Positions 46,972 through 47,196 of a DNA stretch of 47,196 nt are shown piece by piece. Under the pieces are notes generated by a model. It ran no database searches, was not told the origin of the DNA, and saw only the letters and a program-made list of their open reading frames with translations. Location of the stretch: the NCBI GenBank assembly GCA_010093995.1, contig ML992509.1:289588-336783 (forward strand), given 5' to 3'. The position numbers were made by a program, and so were the translations under genes. Origin of the DNA: Elsinoe ampelina. Lineage: Eukaryota. The first letter of the stretch is position 1; each line of letters starts with the position of its first letter.

Positions 46972-47196
46972 CTAGTTATAACAGGTTATAAGCCCGGCGC
47001 TTCTACAAAAGCACTTAAAGCTATAGCAAATTAAGCGTGTCATTATCAAAAGGATTACTAAGCCGCCTACACTAAATTCTAGACTAGCTACATTAAGATA
47101 AACACTTATAGTAGCCCGTATTAACCCTTTAATTAAACGGTTTAAACGGCTTAAATAAGCTAATTACATTAATTAAATTAATAGGCCTTTAGCTAA
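46972..47196. mobile_element. Start of a second AT-rich RIP-like repeat relic, truncated by the window end
   Basis: Abrupt shift to TpA-rich, TpG-poor sequence resembling the interior of the Harbinger copy; family not identifiable. Confidence 0.55.

Noticed and set aside
1..47196. Secondary-metabolite or other functional gene cluster
   Set aside because: No PKS, NRPS or terpene backbone gene; neighbouring genes are functionally unrelated.

Overview
Gene-dense genomic DNA of a filamentous ascomycete (Pezizomycotina). Introns are short GT-AG with CTRAC branch points; finer taxonomy cannot be fixed from the sequence alone. About 25 protein genes can be reconstructed by manual splicing: PEF1 (partial), GFA-family, EAF6, a PWI/SR protein, a Pro/Lys/Glu-rich protein, a small two-exon gene missed by the ORF track, an epoxide hydrolase, a Cys-rich single-pass protein, a Seg1-like protein, ChaC (with a 5-nt microexon), a PTC7-type PP2C, a CBS protein, a mitochondrial phosphate carrier, a secreted SGNH esterase, DUF3602, Atg14/Vps38-family, a small coiled-coil protein, TRR1, TRM82, RPP0, a GNAT, YDJ1, FCY1 and HEM12. 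A complete 2,966-bp RIP-destroyed PIF/Harbinger transposon (TIRs plus TTA TSD) lies between TRR1 and TRM82, and another RIP-like AT-rich tract starts at the right edge. The most unusual region is an orphan locus at ~18.2-22.0 kb. It is a spliced low-complexity ORF interrupted by a single UAG whose A sits at the wobble (A34) position of a tRNA-anticodon-like hairpin, a candidate for A-to-I stop-codon repair to Trp. It also carries an array of fixed-spacer CTACCA/TGGTAG inverted repeats in the CDS, a compact predicted RNA structure downstream (two cUUCGg hairpins, a kink-turn, a possible pseudoknot) and a minisatellite cluster with an assembly gap. All family assignments are from motif recognition by eye; no searches were run.
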